DNA from: Terriglobia bacterium
GTDB lineage: Bacteria > Acidobacteriota > Terriglobia > JAJPHL01 > JAPKYU01
DNA: 64,000 nucleotides
Direction: 5' to 3'
NCBI GenBank assembly: GCA_965206645.1
Contig: CBDBKE010000004.1
Coordinates: 1,312,001-1,376,000, forward strand
Shown: positions 9,883-20,507 of the stretch, piece by piece
Position numbering within the stretch: position 1 is the stretch's first letter
Layout of the letters: every line of letters starts with the position of its first letter
The notes under the pieces: generated by a model
Database searches by the model: none
What the model was told of the DNA's origin: nothing
Seen by the model: the letters and a program-made list of their open reading frames with translations, nothing else
Translations under genes and position numbers: made by a program

Positions 9883-10680
9883 TTATCTCGGCCTCCCCGT
9901 CGGCATTTTCTGCTTCTTCAGGCCGGCAGGCACGGTGAATAAGCTCGACTCCAGGACCCTCCGCTCCACCTTGGTGGTTTCCCACTCGGAAACGACCCGC
10001 TCCCCCTCGTAGTCCAGCCTGCGGACCGGGAACCCTTTCATTTGGTCCATTCCCGACAACCCCCAGCCGCTCTGGCGGGCACCCTGACGCAGTGGTTCGA
10101 AGAATTCAGCCATGGCTTGGAAGGTTTGGAGTTCCGCCTCCTTGAGGAGCCCCGGCCCGCTCGGGGCAACCCAGACCTCGTTGATCCGCTGGCCATCGCT
10201 CAGCACCTCGTAGCGGGTGCAGACGTAAGACCCCACCTTTTCTCCCCGGCTCTTGACCTGCACGGTAATGCTCGGGGGCTTGGCCATGCCCATTTTCTGC
10301 TTCATCATCTTCTCGATCATCTTGCGCTGCTCGGGCGGCATCTGGGCCATCTGCGCTTCCATTTGCTTCATGGCAGAATCTAGTTGTTGCTTCATCCGCT
10401 GTAGGTCGGCGGCAGTCATCTCCATGTAGCTGCCACGGCTATGGTCAATCATCCACATCACCTGCTTGGCCTGGTCGAAGATCATGGCGGTCTTCTTGCC
10501 CCCGTGTTCTCGGATGTCGAAGCGCAACTTGCCCGCGTCTATGTACATGTTGATCTGCTGCCCTGGCGTCTTGCTGCCCGGCTTACTCTCTTTCATCTGA
10601 AGCACCACACCCGCTTGCACCGCCAGAGCAGAACATCCCAGTACGACCAAAGACGCCAGCACTTGAAGCATCGATCTCAT
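9883..10680 (-). CDS. DUF4412-like exported protein
   Basis: Signal peptide, MIDHSRGSYMEMT, M/Q-rich helix AQMPPEQRKMIEKMM, EKVGSYVCTRYEV, GFPV, LFTVPAGLKK. Confidence 0.7.
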   Translation of the reverse strand: MRSMLQVLASLVVLGCSALAVQAGVVLQMKESKPGSKTPGQQINMYIDAGKLRFDIREHGGKKTAMIFDQAKQVMWMIDHSRGSYMEMTAADLQRMKQQLDSAMKQMEAQMAQMPPEQRKMIEKMMKQKMGMAKPPSITVQVKSRGEKVGSYVCTRYEVLSDGQRINEVWVAPSGPGLLKEAELQTFQAMAEFFEPLRQGARQSGWGLSGMDQMKGFPVRRLDYEGERVVSEWETTKVERRVLESSLFTVPAGLKKQKMPTGRPR

Positions 10681-10770
10681 CACCCAGTCTCCTTTCCGAG
10701 TCCACAGGACAAAGGAAATCGTATGCGCAACACCGACTGCGGTCAATCGGAAGCTGGAGGGGAGCCGTCC

Positions 10771-11622
10771 TCAGGCTAGCCCTAGCGGGCCAGGACCAGG
10801 CAGAGGATGCCCAGGAAAATGACAGCGGCAGCGAGCCAGGCGGCGCAGTCCAAATCCCTCGCGCAGGACCAGCCAGCCCAGCAGGGCGGCGAAGATGACG
10901 CTGGATTCCCGCGCGGCGCCCACGTAACTGACCGGAGCCAGCCGCACCGCCGCCAGCACCACTGCGTAGCCAGCGGGGCTCAACAGGGCCACCAGCGGCA
11001 CCCGCCACCTTTGCCGGCGAAATTCCCCCGCCAGATCGGCGCGTCGGACCCAGACAACGTAGGGCGACAACACCAGCGCCGTGCCGCCGCCAATCAGGCA
11101 AACCAGCGCCAGCGGCGAGAAATACCGCAAGGCGGCTTTGTCGGCTAGGGAAAACGCCGCGATGCAGGCGCCGCAGGCCAGCGGTAGACCCAGCCGTTTT
11201 ACATGCGCACGCAGCAGGTGTGGCCCTTGCAGGAAAAGAACGCCCAGCGAGACCAGCAGAATTCCCGCCAGGCCCGTCCGGGAAACTCTCTCCCCCAACA
11301 GAACGACGGCTCCCACGGCGATGAAGACCGGGGCTGAGCCGCGGGCCACCGGGTAGACCACCGTGTAATCCAAACGCTGGTAGCAAGCCGAGAGCATCAG
11401 CAGGTAAAGCCCTTCCGCCACGCAGCTAGTGGCCAGCAAGGCCACCGAAGCAGGAGTAAACCGTACTGGCAGCAAGAACAGCGCTGGCAGCGTCAGCAGG
11501 AACCCGCCCGCCAGCATCCACCAGATGAAGGCATACTTGTCCCTGCTGCGCTTCACCACGAGGTTCCAGGAAGCATGGTTGACAGAAGAAAGCAGCACGA
11601 GAAGCAGGGCGGTGAGGCTCAT
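10771..11622 (-). CDS. EamA/DMT transporter with a probable frameshift in the last TM helix
   Basis: HASWNLVVK, VVYPVARGSAP, LLGE, VGAARESSVIFA. Near 10835 the hydrophobic tail AAAVIFLGILCLVLAR* lies in another frame (stop 10782-10784). Confidence 0.85.
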   Translation of the reverse strand: MSLTALLLVLLSSVNHASWNLVVKRSRDKYAFIWWMLAGGFLLTLPALFLLPVRFTPASVALLATSCVAEGLYLLMLSACYQRLDYTVVYPVARGSAPVFIAVGAVVLLGERVSRTGLAGILLVSLGVLFLQGPHLLRAHVKRLGLPLACGACIAAFSLADKAALRYFSPLALVCLIGGGTALVLSPYVVWVRRADLAGEFRRQRWRVPLVALLSPAGYAVVLAAVRLAPVSYVGAARESSVIFAALLGWLVLREGFGLRRLARCRCHFPGHPLPGPGPLGLA

Positions 11623-11847
11623 GGTTTCATTGCGACTTATGGCAACTTATGGAGTCCGGAGTACCAATTCCTGCACTACGGACCTCCATCCTGCTCGTCC
11701 GGCAGGGCCATGCTACACTGGTGTTGTTGGAAACCGAACAGGTCTGCGCCAGGCACAAAACGCCCGGCGGGACGAGGGCTTGCCGCATCACATAGGCGAA
11801 GCGACGCCTGGTCGGCAGGTGACTGAAACCACACTGGGATTTTCGCG

Positions 11848-14316
11848 ATGGCGGCCAAGCTCACGATTCCCCAAATCCGAGCGGTTGTGCTGAGTCTGTT
11901 GGTGGGGACTGCTCTGGTTACTGGCGGCGTGTACCTGCACCGCACCCGTGGGAGCGCGGCCGGCCAACCCCTCCCTCTGCCGCGCGTCCCTCCCAACGTT
12001 ACTCAGAGCGCCGGCTTTCGTCTCTCCAAATCGGAGGGAGGCCGCACCGTGTTCACCGTTAAGGCATTACGCGCCCGCGAGCAACGGGACACGGGCAAGA
12101 GCCTGCTGGAGGATGTGGAAATTATCACCTTCGGCGCTCAGGGAGATCGCCGCGACCGAATCTTCAGCAAGCTTTGTGAGTACGATTCCAAAACAGGGCG
12201 GGTGTACAGCGAAGGGGAAGTGGAGATCGAGTTAGCCAGCCTGCCAGGGGAGTTTCTCGCAGCCACTGGCAAGTCGGGGGAATCTCCCGCACGCTCGGTA
12301 GCCGGAGAGCCGGTGGCCCGTATTCAGGCCAGGACTTCGGGGCTGACGTTTAACGAGAAGACCGGAGTTGCTTCCACAGAGCGCCTAGTCCGGTTTCGCT
12401 TTCTTCGCGGGACGGGCCAGGCCACGGGAGCCGTCTATGACTCCCACCAACGCACACTGCGGCTGACCTCCGACGTGCAGATTTTGCTGCAGAAGCCGGG
12501 TACGCCTCAGCCCCCCGAAGACCAGCCATCCAAAATCGAAATCCTGGCGAAGGAGTTAGTTCACCTTCAGCGCCAGAGCCAGGTGCTGCTGCGGCAGCCA
12601 CGAATACGCCAGACACTGGCCGGAGGCGGCAGTCGGGAGCTGCTGGGTGAGGAGGCGCTGCTGAGGCTCGATGAGCAGAATCGATTGCAGGCGGTCGAGG
12701 TCGTCGGCCAGGTGCAGATCAATGAATCGGCGCCTGGCGCCACCCCAGCCGGGGGGCGGCGATCCCGCTTAACGGCCAAGCGCCTGGACCTGCTTTTCAA
12801 CGAACAGCATCTCTTGGATCAGGTCCACGCCAACGAAGCGGTGCGGCTGGAGGTGGTGACTCCCCGTAGCCGCGCCGAGTTTCAGGCGGCTCGCCTGGAG
12901 CTGTTCTTCGCCGGCCCGCAGAACACACTTTCGCAGGTGGACTGGAAAGGCGGGGTCAGAATCGTACTTACGCCCACCGCGGCGGAGGCTCCCGTCCGCG
13001 TGCTCACCAGCGAAGAGGTGGAAATGATCTTGAAGCCCGGCCGTCAAGAACTGGACGTGGCCCGCACGCTGGCTCCAGGCCGGCTGGAATTATTGCCGCC
13101 CAAGGGGCCCGTCCAAGTTCTGCGCGGCCGGCCGACCCGGCGTGTTCTGACCGCCGACCGGTTTTGGATGCAGTTTGGGGAGCAGAGCCAGCTGCGTGTG
13201 CTGCGCGCCGAGCAGGGGGTGCGGCTGGAATCGGAAGCCCCTGCCCCAGCCCCGCGAAACCAGGCCGGTGGCGGCAGTCCGCGTCTCCCGACGCCCACCC
13301 CACGGATCACTACGAGCGACCTGCTGGTGGCCCACTTCTCACAAGCTTCGCAGCAACTGGAGGTACTGGAGCAGACCGGCAACTTTCATTACACAGATGG
13401 CGAACGGCAGGCCACCGCTGAACGGGCCGTCTGCCGGGCTGCCGAGCGAGTGGTCACGCTCACCGGACGCCCAGGCCGCAATCCCGAGGTGTGGGACCGA
13501 CAGAGCCGCACCTCAGCCCGGCAAATTACCCTGGACGAGGACAGCAAACAGGGCACCGCCACGCAGCAGGTACGTTCCACCTACCTGCCGCAACAGAATC
13601 CCGGCTCTGCGGGTGCTGGCCCACTTTCCGGCAGCGACCCTGTGCATGTGATTGCCGAACGGATGGTCTCACAGCCCAGCCGCGGAGTCATCCGGTACGA
13701 GGGAGGGCCGGGCCGGGGGCGCGTTCGTCTCTGGCAGAAAGGGGAAGTGATCGAGGCCCGCACCCTGGTGCTGGAACGCGAACGCCGGCGACTGACCGCC
13801 CAAGACGAGGTGGTCACGCTGTTTCCGGAAGCCGGGGCCAAATCCGAGCAGCAGGCCCGGAGCCCCATCCAGATCAGCGCCCAGCGGCTGGTGTACACGG
13901 ATCAAGACCGGCGAGCGTATTACCAGGGTGGAGTGCTTCTTCGGCGAGGGGATAGTGTCGTGAAGGCGACCACACTGGAAGCTCACTTGCTGCCGGCGAA
14001 CCAGGCGCAGGCCGGACACTCGCGCTTGCAACGCGCCGTGGCGCGCGGCGGGGTGGAGATCCTGGACTTCTCTGCGGGCCAGCAGAGAAGAGGAGCCGCT
14101 GATATGGCCGAATATTTTTCCTCTGAGGAGAAGGTGATCTTGCGCGGCGGCCAGCCGTATGTCTACGATCCACAAAGAGGTTACACGCAAGGCGCTGAAT
14201 TGACTTACTATATTCGCGATGATAGGGTTTTTGTTGATGGGGACGGCGCGACGCGCACAGTAACGGAACACCGCGTGCGCACCCGCCAGCAGAAACCTCC
14301 CCCGCAACGGCCATGA
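11848..14316 (+). CDS. Large LPS transport periplasmic bridge protein (LptC plus repeated LptA/OstA domains)
   Basis: N-terminal TM anchor, [14 protein letters not shown], repeated beta-jellyroll-like segments (ATAERA...VTLTG.P.V; [10 protein letters not shown]...AYYQGGV; GAELTY); directly upstream of lptB. Confidence 0.8.
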   Translation: MAAKLTIPQIRAVVLSLLVGTALVTGGVYLHRTRGSAAGQPLPLPRVPPNVTQSAGFRLSKSEGGRTVFTVKALRAREQRDTGKSLLEDVEIITFGAQGDRRDRIFSKLCEYDSKTGRVYSEGEVEIELASLPGEFLAATGKSGESPARSVAGEPVARIQARTSGLTFNEKTGVASTERLVRFRFLRGTGQATGAVYDSHQRTLRLTSDVQILLQKPGTPQPPEDQPSKIEILAKELVHLQRQSQVLLRQPRIRQTLAGGGSRELLGEEALLRLDEQNRLQAVEVVGQVQINESAPGATPAGGRRSRLTAKRLDLLFNEQHLLDQVHANEAVRLEVVTPRSRAEFQAARLELFFAGPQNTLSQVDWKGGVRIVLTPTAAEAPVRVLTSEEVEMILKPGRQELDVARTLAPGRLELLPPKGPVQVLRGRPTRRVLTADRFWMQFGEQSQLRVLRAEQGVRLESEAPAPAPRNQAGGGSPRLPTPTPRITTSDLLVAHFSQASQQLEVLEQTGNFHYTDGERQATAERAVCRAAERVVTLTGRPGRNPEVWDRQSRTSARQITLDEDSKQGTATQQVRSTYLPQQNPGSAGAGPLSGSDPVHVIAERMVSQPSRGVIRYEGGPGRGRVRLWQKGEVIEARTLVLERERRRLTAQDEVVTLFPEAGAKSEQQARSPIQISAQRLVYTDQDRRAYYQGGVLLRRGDSVVKATTLEAHLLPANQAQAGHSRLQRAVARGGVEILDFSAGQQRRGAADMAEYFSSEEKVILRGGQPYVYDPQRGYTQGAELTYYIRDDRVFVDGDGATRTVTEHRVRTRQQKPPPQRP

Positions 14317-15146
14317 GCGCGCTCTGTGCGGAAGAGCTGAAGAAGTCGTACGGCGGGCGTTGCGTTGTAGATGACGTTTCCTTCCAGGTCGATCCGGGGG
14401 AAGTAGTTGGGCTGCTGGGCCCAAACGGCGCCGGAAAGACAACAACGTTTCACATCATCGTCGGACTAGCCAGTCCCGACAGCGGGCGAGTTCTGCTGAG
14501 GGGGCAGGAGATCACCCGCTTCCCCATGTACCAGCGCGCCCGCCATGGCATCAGTTACCTGCCTCAGGAACCATCTATCTTCCGCAAGCTCACGGTTCAG
14601 GAAAACATTCTGGCCATTCTGGAAACGCTGCCGATTTCCTGGCACGAGCGGCGCGAGCAGATGGAGAGCCTGCTGGACCAGTTTGGCCTACAGACGGTGC
14701 GCAAGAATCGGGGCGATGCGCTCTCCGGTGGCGAGCGGCGACGGGTGGAGATTGCGCGGGCGCTGGTCATTTCGCCCAGTTTCATCCTGCTCGACGAGCC
14801 TTTTTCCGGCATCGACCCGCTGGCGGTGCTTGAGATCCAGCGGATCATTGGCAACTTGAAGCGATCCGGCATCGGCATCCTTGTCACCGACCACAATGTG
14901 CGGGAAACGCTCACGGTGACCGACCGTGCCTACATCATCAACAACGGGCGCATCTTCCGCAGTGGCACCCCTGAGGCACTGAGCAATGATCCGGAGGTGA
15001 AACGGGTCTATCTGGGGGAAGGCTTTTCCTTTGCGGGCCGTTCCGCTTCGTCGTCGGAGGCCGAGCAGGAAGCAGCCGCGCTGCCCGGCGATGGCAGCCA
15101 ACCCGCACCAGCGAACTCTGAAGCGACTCCAGCGCGCCGCATCTAA
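14313..15146 (+). CDS. lptB: LPS export ABC ATPase
   Basis: [56 protein letters not shown]. Confidence 0.96.
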   Translation: MSALCAEELKKSYGGRCVVDDVSFQVDPGEVVGLLGPNGAGKTTTFHIIVGLASPDSGRVLLRGQEITRFPMYQRARHGISYLPQEPSIFRKLTVQENILAILETLPISWHERREQMESLLDQFGLQTVRKNRGDALSGGERRRVEIARALVISPSFILLDEPFSGIDPLAVLEIQRIIGNLKRSGIGILVTDHNVRETLTVTDRAYIINNGRIFRSGTPEALSNDPEVKRVYLGEGFSFAGRSASSSEAEQEAAALPGDGSQPAPANSEATPARRI

Positions 15147-15155
15147 GGGGCCCCC

Positions 15156-16625
15156 ATGTCGCTGTTCCAGCCCAGAATCAGCCTGAGAGTCACCCAGAAG
15201 CAGATTCTGACCCCTGGCCTGGTCCAGATGGTCAGCGTTCTGGCTTTGAACAAGCTGGAACTAAAAGACCTGATCACCCAGGAGATGGTGGAGAACCCCG
15301 TTCTGGAGGAACTGAGCGAAGCGGAACTGGGCGATTCGGAGCAGGAAAGTCCTTCTTCGGTGGAAGAGTTAGCGGCAGCCGAGGAACGCGGCCTGGAGCT
15401 GGGTGAGCGGGAGGTCCTGGAGACAAACGGCCACGACCCGTTCGACGAGATTGACTTCGGCTCCTTCTTCCGAGACTACCTCGACCCGGGCTACAAAAGC
15501 CCTGCCGCCGAAGTCATTGAGAAACCCTCCTTCGAGAACTTCCTGGCCGCGCCCACCACGCTGACTGACCACCTGAGGTGGCAGGTCAGCCTCTCGGCAG
15601 CTCCAGAGGCCATCGTGGCGGCCGCCGAGTCTGTTGTTGGGAACCTGAACGAAGACGGCTTCCTCACTGCCACCCTGGAGGAGATTGTCCAAAGCGGGGG
15701 ACACTCGTTGGATGAGGTGACGGAAGCTTTGCAGCTGGTGCAGGAGTGCGACCCGCCTGGCGTGGCGGCCCGCGACCTGCGCGAGTGCCTGCTGATCCAG
15801 TTGCGGGGCCTGCGCCTGGAAGGCCGTTTGGCATGGCAGATCGTCCACGACCACCTGTCGCTATTGCAGAACAAGCACTGGAAGGAACTGGCCCGCCTGC
15901 TGAACCGGCCGCTGCCAGAAATCGACGCGGCTGTGGCGGTGATCCGGAAGCTGGATCCGCGGCCCGGCCAGCGCTACAACAAGACCGCGCCGCGGTTAAT
16001 TGAACCCGACATCTTCTTTGTCAAGGTGGGCGACGAGTACCAGGTCCTGTTCAACGAGGATGGCCTGCCACAGTTGCGGATGAACTCTTCCTACCGCCGG
16101 CTGCTGGAGCGCGGCGCGTCCACCAAGGAGACGCGCGACTACGTCCGGGACCGCTACAACTCGGCCATCCAGTTGATCAAGAACATCGAGCAGCGCAAGC
16201 AGACCATCGCCCGTGTCTGCGACTGCATCATTCGCCAGCAGAAAGATTTTCTCAGCTACGGCCCCGATCACCTCAAGCCCCTGATGATTAAGGAGGTGGC
16301 CGAGGAAGTCGGCGTGCATCCCTCCACGGTCAGCCGGGCCGTGGCCAACAAGTACGCTCATACCCCGCAGGGAGTCTGCGAGCTGCGTTCCTTCTTCTCC
16401 GAGGCGGTCAGCGGGCCATCCGGCAGCGCCACTTCGTTGATGGTCTTGAAGCGAAGAGTCAAGAAATTGATCGAAGAGGAAAACTCCGCCCACCCGCTGA
16501 CGGACGAACAGATCACCAAGATCCTACAGTCAGAAGGAATCCTGGTGACACGGCGCACAGTTGCCAAGTACAGGGAGGACATGAGGATTCCCTCCACCCA
16601 CCAGCGTCGGGTGAAGCCTTCGTAG
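15156..16625 (+). CDS. rpoN: RNA polymerase sigma-54 factor
   Basis: DPPGVAARDLRECL, HPSTVSRA, RpoN box RRTVAKYRE. Confidence 0.97.
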   Translation: MSLFQPRISLRVTQKQILTPGLVQMVSVLALNKLELKDLITQEMVENPVLEELSEAELGDSEQESPSSVEELAAAEERGLELGEREVLETNGHDPFDEIDFGSFFRDYLDPGYKSPAAEVIEKPSFENFLAAPTTLTDHLRWQVSLSAAPEAIVAAAESVVGNLNEDGFLTATLEEIVQSGGHSLDEVTEALQLVQECDPPGVAARDLRECLLIQLRGLRLEGRLAWQIVHDHLSLLQNKHWKELARLLNRPLPEIDAAVAVIRKLDPRPGQRYNKTAPRLIEPDIFFVKVGDEYQVLFNEDGLPQLRMNSSYRRLLERGASTKETRDYVRDRYNSAIQLIKNIEQRKQTIARVCDCIIRQQKDFLSYGPDHLKPLMIKEVAEEVGVHPSTVSRAVANKYAHTPQGVCELRSFFSEAVSGPSGSATSLMVLKRRVKKLIEEENSAHPLTDEQITKILQSEGILVTRRTVAKYREDMRIPSTHQRRVKPS

Positions 16626-16715
16626 GGGCTATTCTGCTGGGGCCGCCTTGTGCTCCCTTGCCGAACGCCTTTTGCGGTCGATCGCGCTCCAGCAGGCAAG
16701 CGACAGGAGGAAGGC

Positions 16716-17084
16716 ATGAAAATCCACTTTACGGGCAGGCAAGTCGAAATCACTCCCGCGATCCGGTCTCGCGTGGAACAGAAGCTGCGGAAAATCCACA
16801 AAATCCTGGGATCCCACCTAGACCTGGAAGCTCACGTCATCCTGTCGCTGGAACACCACCGCTACACCAGTGAAGTGACCCTGAACTTGAAACACCACCC
16901 CCTCGTGGGACTCTCGTTGAAACACGACTTTCGGGCGTCATTGCAGGAGGCGCTGGAAAAGCTGGAGAAGCAGGCCGTCAAGTACAAGGGCCGCGGGAGG
17001 GAGCTCCAGCGGCGGCCTGTAGCCTCCCTGAAAAAAGCGCTTCGAACCAGCGGCGGCGGCCGCGTCCTGCCCTCCGAATTCTAG
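16716..17084 (+). CDS. hpf: Ribosome hibernation promoting factor (short form)
   Basis: SD AGGAGG; MKIHFTGRQVEITPAIR...ALEKLEKQ; follows rpoN. Confidence 0.88.
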   Translation: MKIHFTGRQVEITPAIRSRVEQKLRKIHKILGSHLDLEAHVILSLEHHRYTSEVTLNLKHHPLVGLSLKHDFRASLQEALEKLEKQAVKYKGRGRELQRRPVASLKKALRTSGGGRVLPSEF

Positions 17085-17311
17085 GACTGAGGAAACGGTC
17101 GTAGGTCCCGCTAACTAACAGCCAAATCGGGGTGCCCGCTGCAGGAGAGGTGTCGGCCACTCGACACGTTTTCGGCTGCGGGTGGGGTGGCATCTACACT
17201 GAGTTGACAAGAGGGCGCTGCCTAGCTGGCGAACCGAGACCTTGCTGGCGGCGTCGAGCCTGAGTTAGTCTACGCGCGGACCAAAAGCAGGTGGTCCGGG
17301 AGGGAGAGCCG

Positions 17312-17674
17312 ATGGTAGCAAAGAAGGGCGTTAGCGCTTTGGACAGTGTGATTCAGCAGCTAAAGGAGCGCCTGCGCGGCGATCTAATCCAGCCCGCCGA
17401 CGGGGAGTACAACGAAGCCCGTAAAGTCTACAACGGGATGATTGACCGACGCCCGCGGCTGATCGCGCGCTGCAGAGACGTTGCGGATGTGATCGCTGCG
17501 GTCAACTTGGCCCGCGACAACCAGCTGCTTCTCGCGATCCGGGGCGGAGGCCACAACGGAGGAGGCCTGGGGGTCTGCAACGACGGACTGGTGGTGGACC
17601 TCTCGCGCATGAGGGACCTGCGGGTCGATCCGAAAGACCGCACCGCGCGAGTTGAGGGAGGCGCCACGCCGTGA
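17312..17674 (+). pseudogene. Truncated FAD-linked oxidoreductase (berberine-bridge-like), N-terminal fragment
   Basis: YNEARKVYNGMIDRRP, IRGGGH, GLVVDLS, ARVEGGAT then stop at about 120 aa; family members are typically about 460 aa; no continuation seen in other frames. Confidence 0.8.
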
Positions 17675-17754
17675 AATCCGCGCCAACCCACAGCCTCTTT
17701 CCTTCCAGCTGCCGGACTGTGTAATATGGCCGCTGGAGAGTTCGGCACAGCGCC

Positions 17755-18771
17755 ATGGTCAAGTCTCGAGCAGTCCGTTCGGCTCGCCGACGCAGTGTAG
17801 CCCGCCGGTCGCGTCAAGGCCGCGCCTCGGCATCCGTCCGTCGTTCCATTCAGGCCGAAGAGCCGCCTCGGGCCAACCTGCGACGGGCTCCTCGCTCGAC
17901 CGAACCGGACGAACACCCGCTGCTGGATCTGGTCGTTATCACCGGGATGAGCGGTTCGGGCAAAGGATCGGTGCTCAAGGCTTTCGAGGACCTGGGCTAT
18001 TACTGTGTCGATAACCTGCCGGTGGCCCTGATTTCCACCTTTGCTCAGCTTTGCCAGACATCACAGGAAATCTTCCACGCGGCCCTAGTGGTGGACATCC
18101 GGGAGCGAGGAGCCTTGGGGCAGCTTCCCGCCATGTTCCGCAAGCTACGCTCGGAGGCACGCGCCAAGCTAGTATTCCTGGAAGCAAGTGACGAAGTGCT
18201 GATGCGTCGCTACAGCGAAACGCGCCGTCCTCACCCGCTCGCCAACGGGCATCCAGTCGCACAGGCGATCCGGGCCGAGCACAAGCGCCTGAGGAGAATC
18301 CAGTCGCTGGCTGACGTCACCGTGGACACCACCAAGTTCAATGTCCACGAACTACGCGATTTCATCTGTGACCGCTTCAAGGGGACCGAAGAGACCCGCT
18401 CGCTGCTGGTCTCCTGCACCAGCTTTGGCTACCGGCACGGGATTCCCTCCGACAGCGACCTGGTTTTTGACCTCCGTTTCCTTCCCAATCCCAACTATGT
18501 CCCCCAGTTCCGGCACCTTACCGGAAAGCACCCGGGGGTGGCCCGCTACATCAAGAGCTTCCCCCAGACCGAGGAGTTCATCCAGCGCATCTCGGAACTG
18601 CTCATCTACCTGATTCCCCATTACATCCGCGAGGGGAAAAGCTATCTGAGCATTGCCTTCGGGTGCACCGCCGGGCAGCACCGCTCGGTGACACTGGCAG
18701 AAACCATCCGTAAGCGCCTGTCTGAAGCCAGCTTCAACACCAAGGTGGTGCACAGAGATATCAACCGCTAA
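17755..18771 (+). CDS. rapZ: RNase adapter RapZ/YvcJ family P-loop protein
   Basis: ITGMSGSGK, EDLGYYCVDNLP, RRYSETRRPHP, SFGYRHG, RFLPNP, GCTAGQHRSV; Arg-rich N-terminal extension. Confidence 0.95.
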   Translation: MVKSRAVRSARRRSVARRSRQGRASASVRRSIQAEEPPRANLRRAPRSTEPDEHPLLDLVVITGMSGSGKGSVLKAFEDLGYYCVDNLPVALISTFAQLCQTSQEIFHAALVVDIRERGALGQLPAMFRKLRSEARAKLVFLEASDEVLMRRYSETRRPHPLANGHPVAQAIRAEHKRLRRIQSLADVTVDTTKFNVHELRDFICDRFKGTEETRSLLVSCTSFGYRHGIPSDSDLVFDLRFLPNPNYVPQFRHLTGKHPGVARYIKSFPQTEEFIQRISELLIYLIPHYIREGKSYLSIAFGCTAGQHRSVTLAETIRKRLSEASFNTKVVHRDINR

Positions 18772-18783
18772 CTCACCTTTTCC

Positions 18784-18813
18784 TTTACACCGGCCGCGAG
18801 GCGATGGTACTCT
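18784..18813 (+). promoter_or_regulatory. Putative sigma-70 promoter for the pdp operon
   Basis: TTTACA, 18-nt spacer, TACTCT with an extended TGn. Confidence 0.45.
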
Positions 18814-19175
18814 TGCTCGCTGTTTCGCCAAGGTAAGGTAAAGTTCGGCCTGTTGGGCTGCGCCCGTTGCAGCCATCCCTATACGGAAAGTAGAGTTAGC
18901 GCCTGAGTTGATGACGAAATTGCTCCGCGGCCAGGATGGGCTGCGCGCCTCCCACCGAGGTTGGCGCAGTTGTTCGCGCCACCTGAATCCCGAGCAGCCC
19001 CTGGAAATTCATTTCGAATGAACCGGGTCTGCTCGCACGGTCGACGGTTGTTCCACGACACCCGGAGTTCCTTCGGTGTCGGATTGGACCCGCGATGGGG
19101 CTGCCTCTCCCTGCCGGCTATTCTTCCTTCCGGCTCGCGAAAGGGCCCCGGTGGGCAGACTGAACACAACGAGAC

Positions 19176-20480
19176 ATGCGCATTGTTGATGTGATTCGCA
19201 AGAAGCGGGATGGAGCAGAACTCACCCGCGAGGAACTGGCTCTGCTGGTCGAAGGGTACGGCCGCAACGAAGTGTCCGACTATCAGGCCGCCGCCTTCCT
19301 CATGGCGGTCTATTTCCAGTCGCTTTCCGACAGCGAGCTAGCCGACTTGACCGATCTGTATGTCCGCTCGGGAGTGACGGTGGACCTTTCGGAGCTGCCT
19401 GGGGTCAAAGTGGACAAGCATTCCACCGGCGGCGTGGGAGACAAGACAAGCTTGGTGGTGGCACCCATCGTGGCCGCCGCCGGCTACCGCGTGCCGATGA
19501 TTTCCGGCCGCGGCCTGGCCCACACCGGGGGAACGGTGGACAAGCTGGAATCCATTCCCGGGTTGAACACCGCTCTGAGCATGGAACAATTCCAACAAGC
19601 ACTGCGCACCACCGGATGCGCCATCATTGCTCAGACGGCGGAGCTGGCTCCGGCAGACGGCAAACTCTACTCGCTGCGCGATGCCACGGGAACCGTGGAA
19701 AGCATCCCCCTAATCGCCGCCTCCATCATGAGCAAGAAACTGGTGGAGGGGATCGACGCGCTGCTGCTGGACGTGAAAACCGGGTCGGGCGCCTTCATGA
19801 AAAAGCAGACGGAGGCCCGGCGGCTGGCTCAGGCCATGGTAACGATTGGCCGCCGGATGGGCAAACGGATGCTGGCCCTGATTACGGATATGGACCAACC
19901 GCTGGGTAACGCGGTGGGCAACGCGCTGGAAGTGATGGAAGCCGTCAATACCCTGCAAGGCAAGGGACCTCCGGACCTGACAGAGTTGTCGCTGGAACTG
20001 GCGGCTCGCATGCTCGCCCTGGCCGATCCCAGCCGCAGCGGCGAGGAGGCCCGCGAGTTGGCCAACTCGCTGCTTGCCGACGGCTCGGCGCTGGCCAAGT
20101 TCCGGCAGATCATTGAGGCGCAGGGAGGAGATGCGGGCGTGATCGACGCCTTCGAGCGCCTCCCCACCGCCTCGGCTGGCCACTCCATCACCACGCCCCG
20201 GTCGGGCTACGTGACCCAGGTGAACGCCGAAGAGATCGGGATGGCAGCCGTGCTGCTGGGCGCCGGCCGCGAACGCCTGGATTCAGCGATTGATCATGCC
20301 GTCGGCATCGTGGTCGAGCGGAAGGTGGGCGAACAGGTCGAGGCCGGCGAATCCCTCTGCACCCTCTACTACAACGACGAGCGAGGCCTGGAAGAAGCCG
20401 TGCAGATGGTAGAAGACGCTTTCCACATCGCCTCAGTGGCCCCCGAGCCCCGGCCGCTTATCTATGAAGTAATTCAGTAG
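19176..20480 (+). CDS. pdp: Pyrimidine-nucleoside/thymidine phosphorylase
   Basis: IRKKRDG, VDKHSTGGVGDK, MISGRGLAHTGGT, IMSKK, LDVKTGSGAFMK. Confidence 0.96.
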   Translation: MRIVDVIRKKRDGAELTREELALLVEGYGRNEVSDYQAAAFLMAVYFQSLSDSELADLTDLYVRSGVTVDLSELPGVKVDKHSTGGVGDKTSLVVAPIVAAAGYRVPMISGRGLAHTGGTVDKLESIPGLNTALSMEQFQQALRTTGCAIIAQTAELAPADGKLYSLRDATGTVESIPLIAASIMSKKLVEGIDALLLDVKTGSGAFMKKQTEARRLAQAMVTIGRRMGKRMLALITDMDQPLGNAVGNALEVMEAVNTLQGKGPPDLTELSLELAARMLALADPSRSGEEARELANSLLADGSALAKFRQIIEAQGGDAGVIDAFERLPTASAGHSITTPRSGYVTQVNAEEIGMAAVLLGAGRERLDSAIDHAVGIVVERKVGEQVEAGESLCTLYYNDERGLEEAVQMVEDAFHIASVAPEPRPLIYEVIQ

Positions 20481-20507
20481 CAGCCCCCCAGCGGGGCAGC
20501 TATCCCC

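Noticed and set aside
18799-18830. Fluoride (crcB) riboswitch, prompted by GGCGATGG
   Set aside because: The rest of the consensus is absent and the segment overlaps the putative -10 box.
19112-19135. SRP RNA, prompted by CCGGAAGGAAG on the minus strand
   Set aside because: Lacks the flanking TCAGG and CAGC domain IV bases.
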